Shown here: positions 63,021 to 64,000 of the stretch, piece by piece
Position numbering within the stretch: the first letter of the stretch is position 1
Layout of the letters: each line of letters begins with the position of its first letter
NCBI RefSeq assembly: GCF_006345805.1
Contig: NC_043016.1
Coordinates: 9,548,001 to 9,612,000, forward strand
Direction: 5' to 3'
Source of the DNA: Octopus sinensis
Lineage: Eukaryota
Length of the DNA stretch: 64,000 nt
Program-made: the position numbers and the translations under genes
Notes under the pieces: model-generated
What the model was told of the DNA's origin: nothing
Databases searched by the model: none
The model's input: only the letters and a program-made list of their open reading frames with translations

Positions 63021-63282
63021 ATGTACACTTTTACTTGTCTCAGTCATTCTGATTGTGGCCATGCTGGGGCACAACCTTCTAGTCGAAGGAATCGACCTCT
63101 GGACTTATTCTTTGTACGCCTGTTACTTATTCTATCAGGTCTCTTTTGCCAAACTACTAAGTTACAGGGACATAAACACACCAAGATCAGTTATCAAGTG
63201 ATGGTGGTAGGACAAACACAGACACACACAAATATATACATACATATACATATGACAGGCTTATTTCAGTTTTCATCTACAA

Positions 63283-63815
63283 AAGAAACCGTTCAGCGAC
63301 ATGCAAGCAAGAGAATACCCTCCATCAGGCATTTGCCATATTCTGAACGCCTTACTTCCCTGGGCATGGATACATTGAAACTCTGATGTCTGGCAGCTGA
63401 CTTGACAGACACCCATAAAATTATTAACCATCTTACTAACAATAACTCTGAGCACCTTTTCAAACACCACCCGTCTAACACCTGTGGACATGATTACAAA
63501 GTCAGAAAACAGCACAGCTCCCATGACTTTTGGAAACATTTTTTCACGCTAAGAGTTGCTGAAGTATGGAACAAACTGCCGGCATCAGTTGCTGGTTGTC
63601 GGAGCACTGCATCCTTCAAAACTTCCATGCTTCCTGAGATTCGCCAACACTACACCTGATTTTCTCCCCTCCATACACACACAAGCATGTATCTGACTCA
63701 TACACTGTTCACTTCCCAGACATTTGTACATTACTGCATATGCTTTATATGCACTTTTGACAAGTTGTGGTGCACCTGAACACTGTATACAATAATTTCA
63801 TTATATTATATTACA
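63283..63815 (+). mobile_element. CR1-type LINE 3' fragment (different family from 56764-57394)
   Basis: ETVQRHASKRIPSIRHLPYSERL...FFTLRVAEVWNKLP, with one in-frame stop. Confidence 0.85.
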
Positions 63816-64000
63816 TGATAACTGCAAAGTCAATTTAACAATTTTTATGTGTTTTTAAATGGCTAAAACTACTCTTGTATGATGAAGCTGGTTCAGTTTC
63901 AACTCAGCCTTAGATCAAGTCACCTGTGTGACATGTAAAAACCTGTTTTATTTCAAATATTGTACATTTGAAATTTACAAAAGAAAAAAAAATCTTAAAT

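Overview
Repeat-dense, AT-rich eukaryotic genomic DNA. It is very probably octopus, inferred from the SINE/RTE families I recognise; I ran no database search. Two spliced genes can be reconstructed by hand. (1) Seven in-phase GT-AG exons of N-acetylglucosamine-6-phosphate deacetylase (AMDHD2/NagA) lie on the minus strand (44306 to 18068, 816 nt, 272 codons), with the HLEGPF, GHS, THLFNAM and VTDA motifs intact. The first ~75 aa and last ~60 aa were not found. (2) Two exons of a NipSnap-family gene lie on the plus strand (1977-2131, 4507-4552), just before a 100-N gap. Nearly everything else is intron or intergenic repeat: several tRNA-derived SINE families, RTE and CR1 LINE 3' fragments, non-autonomous Helitron-like elements, piggyBac-, hAT- and mariner-like MITEs, and micro/minisatellites. 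All long ORFs in the track are repeat artefacts or LINE remnants. The most notable observations are a near-canonical type I hammerhead ribozyme inside a 266-bp foldback (52241-52506), a tRNA-headed SINE with a degenerate hammerhead in its tail (31579-31930), and SINEs multiplied in odd ways (93-bp tail satellites, head-less 182-bp multimers with a shared junction, head-to-head foldbacks). A head-to-tail Helitron array is also present. There is no CRISPR array or prokaryotic system. Repeat boundaries are hand-estimated to within a few tens of bases unless exact junctions are quoted.
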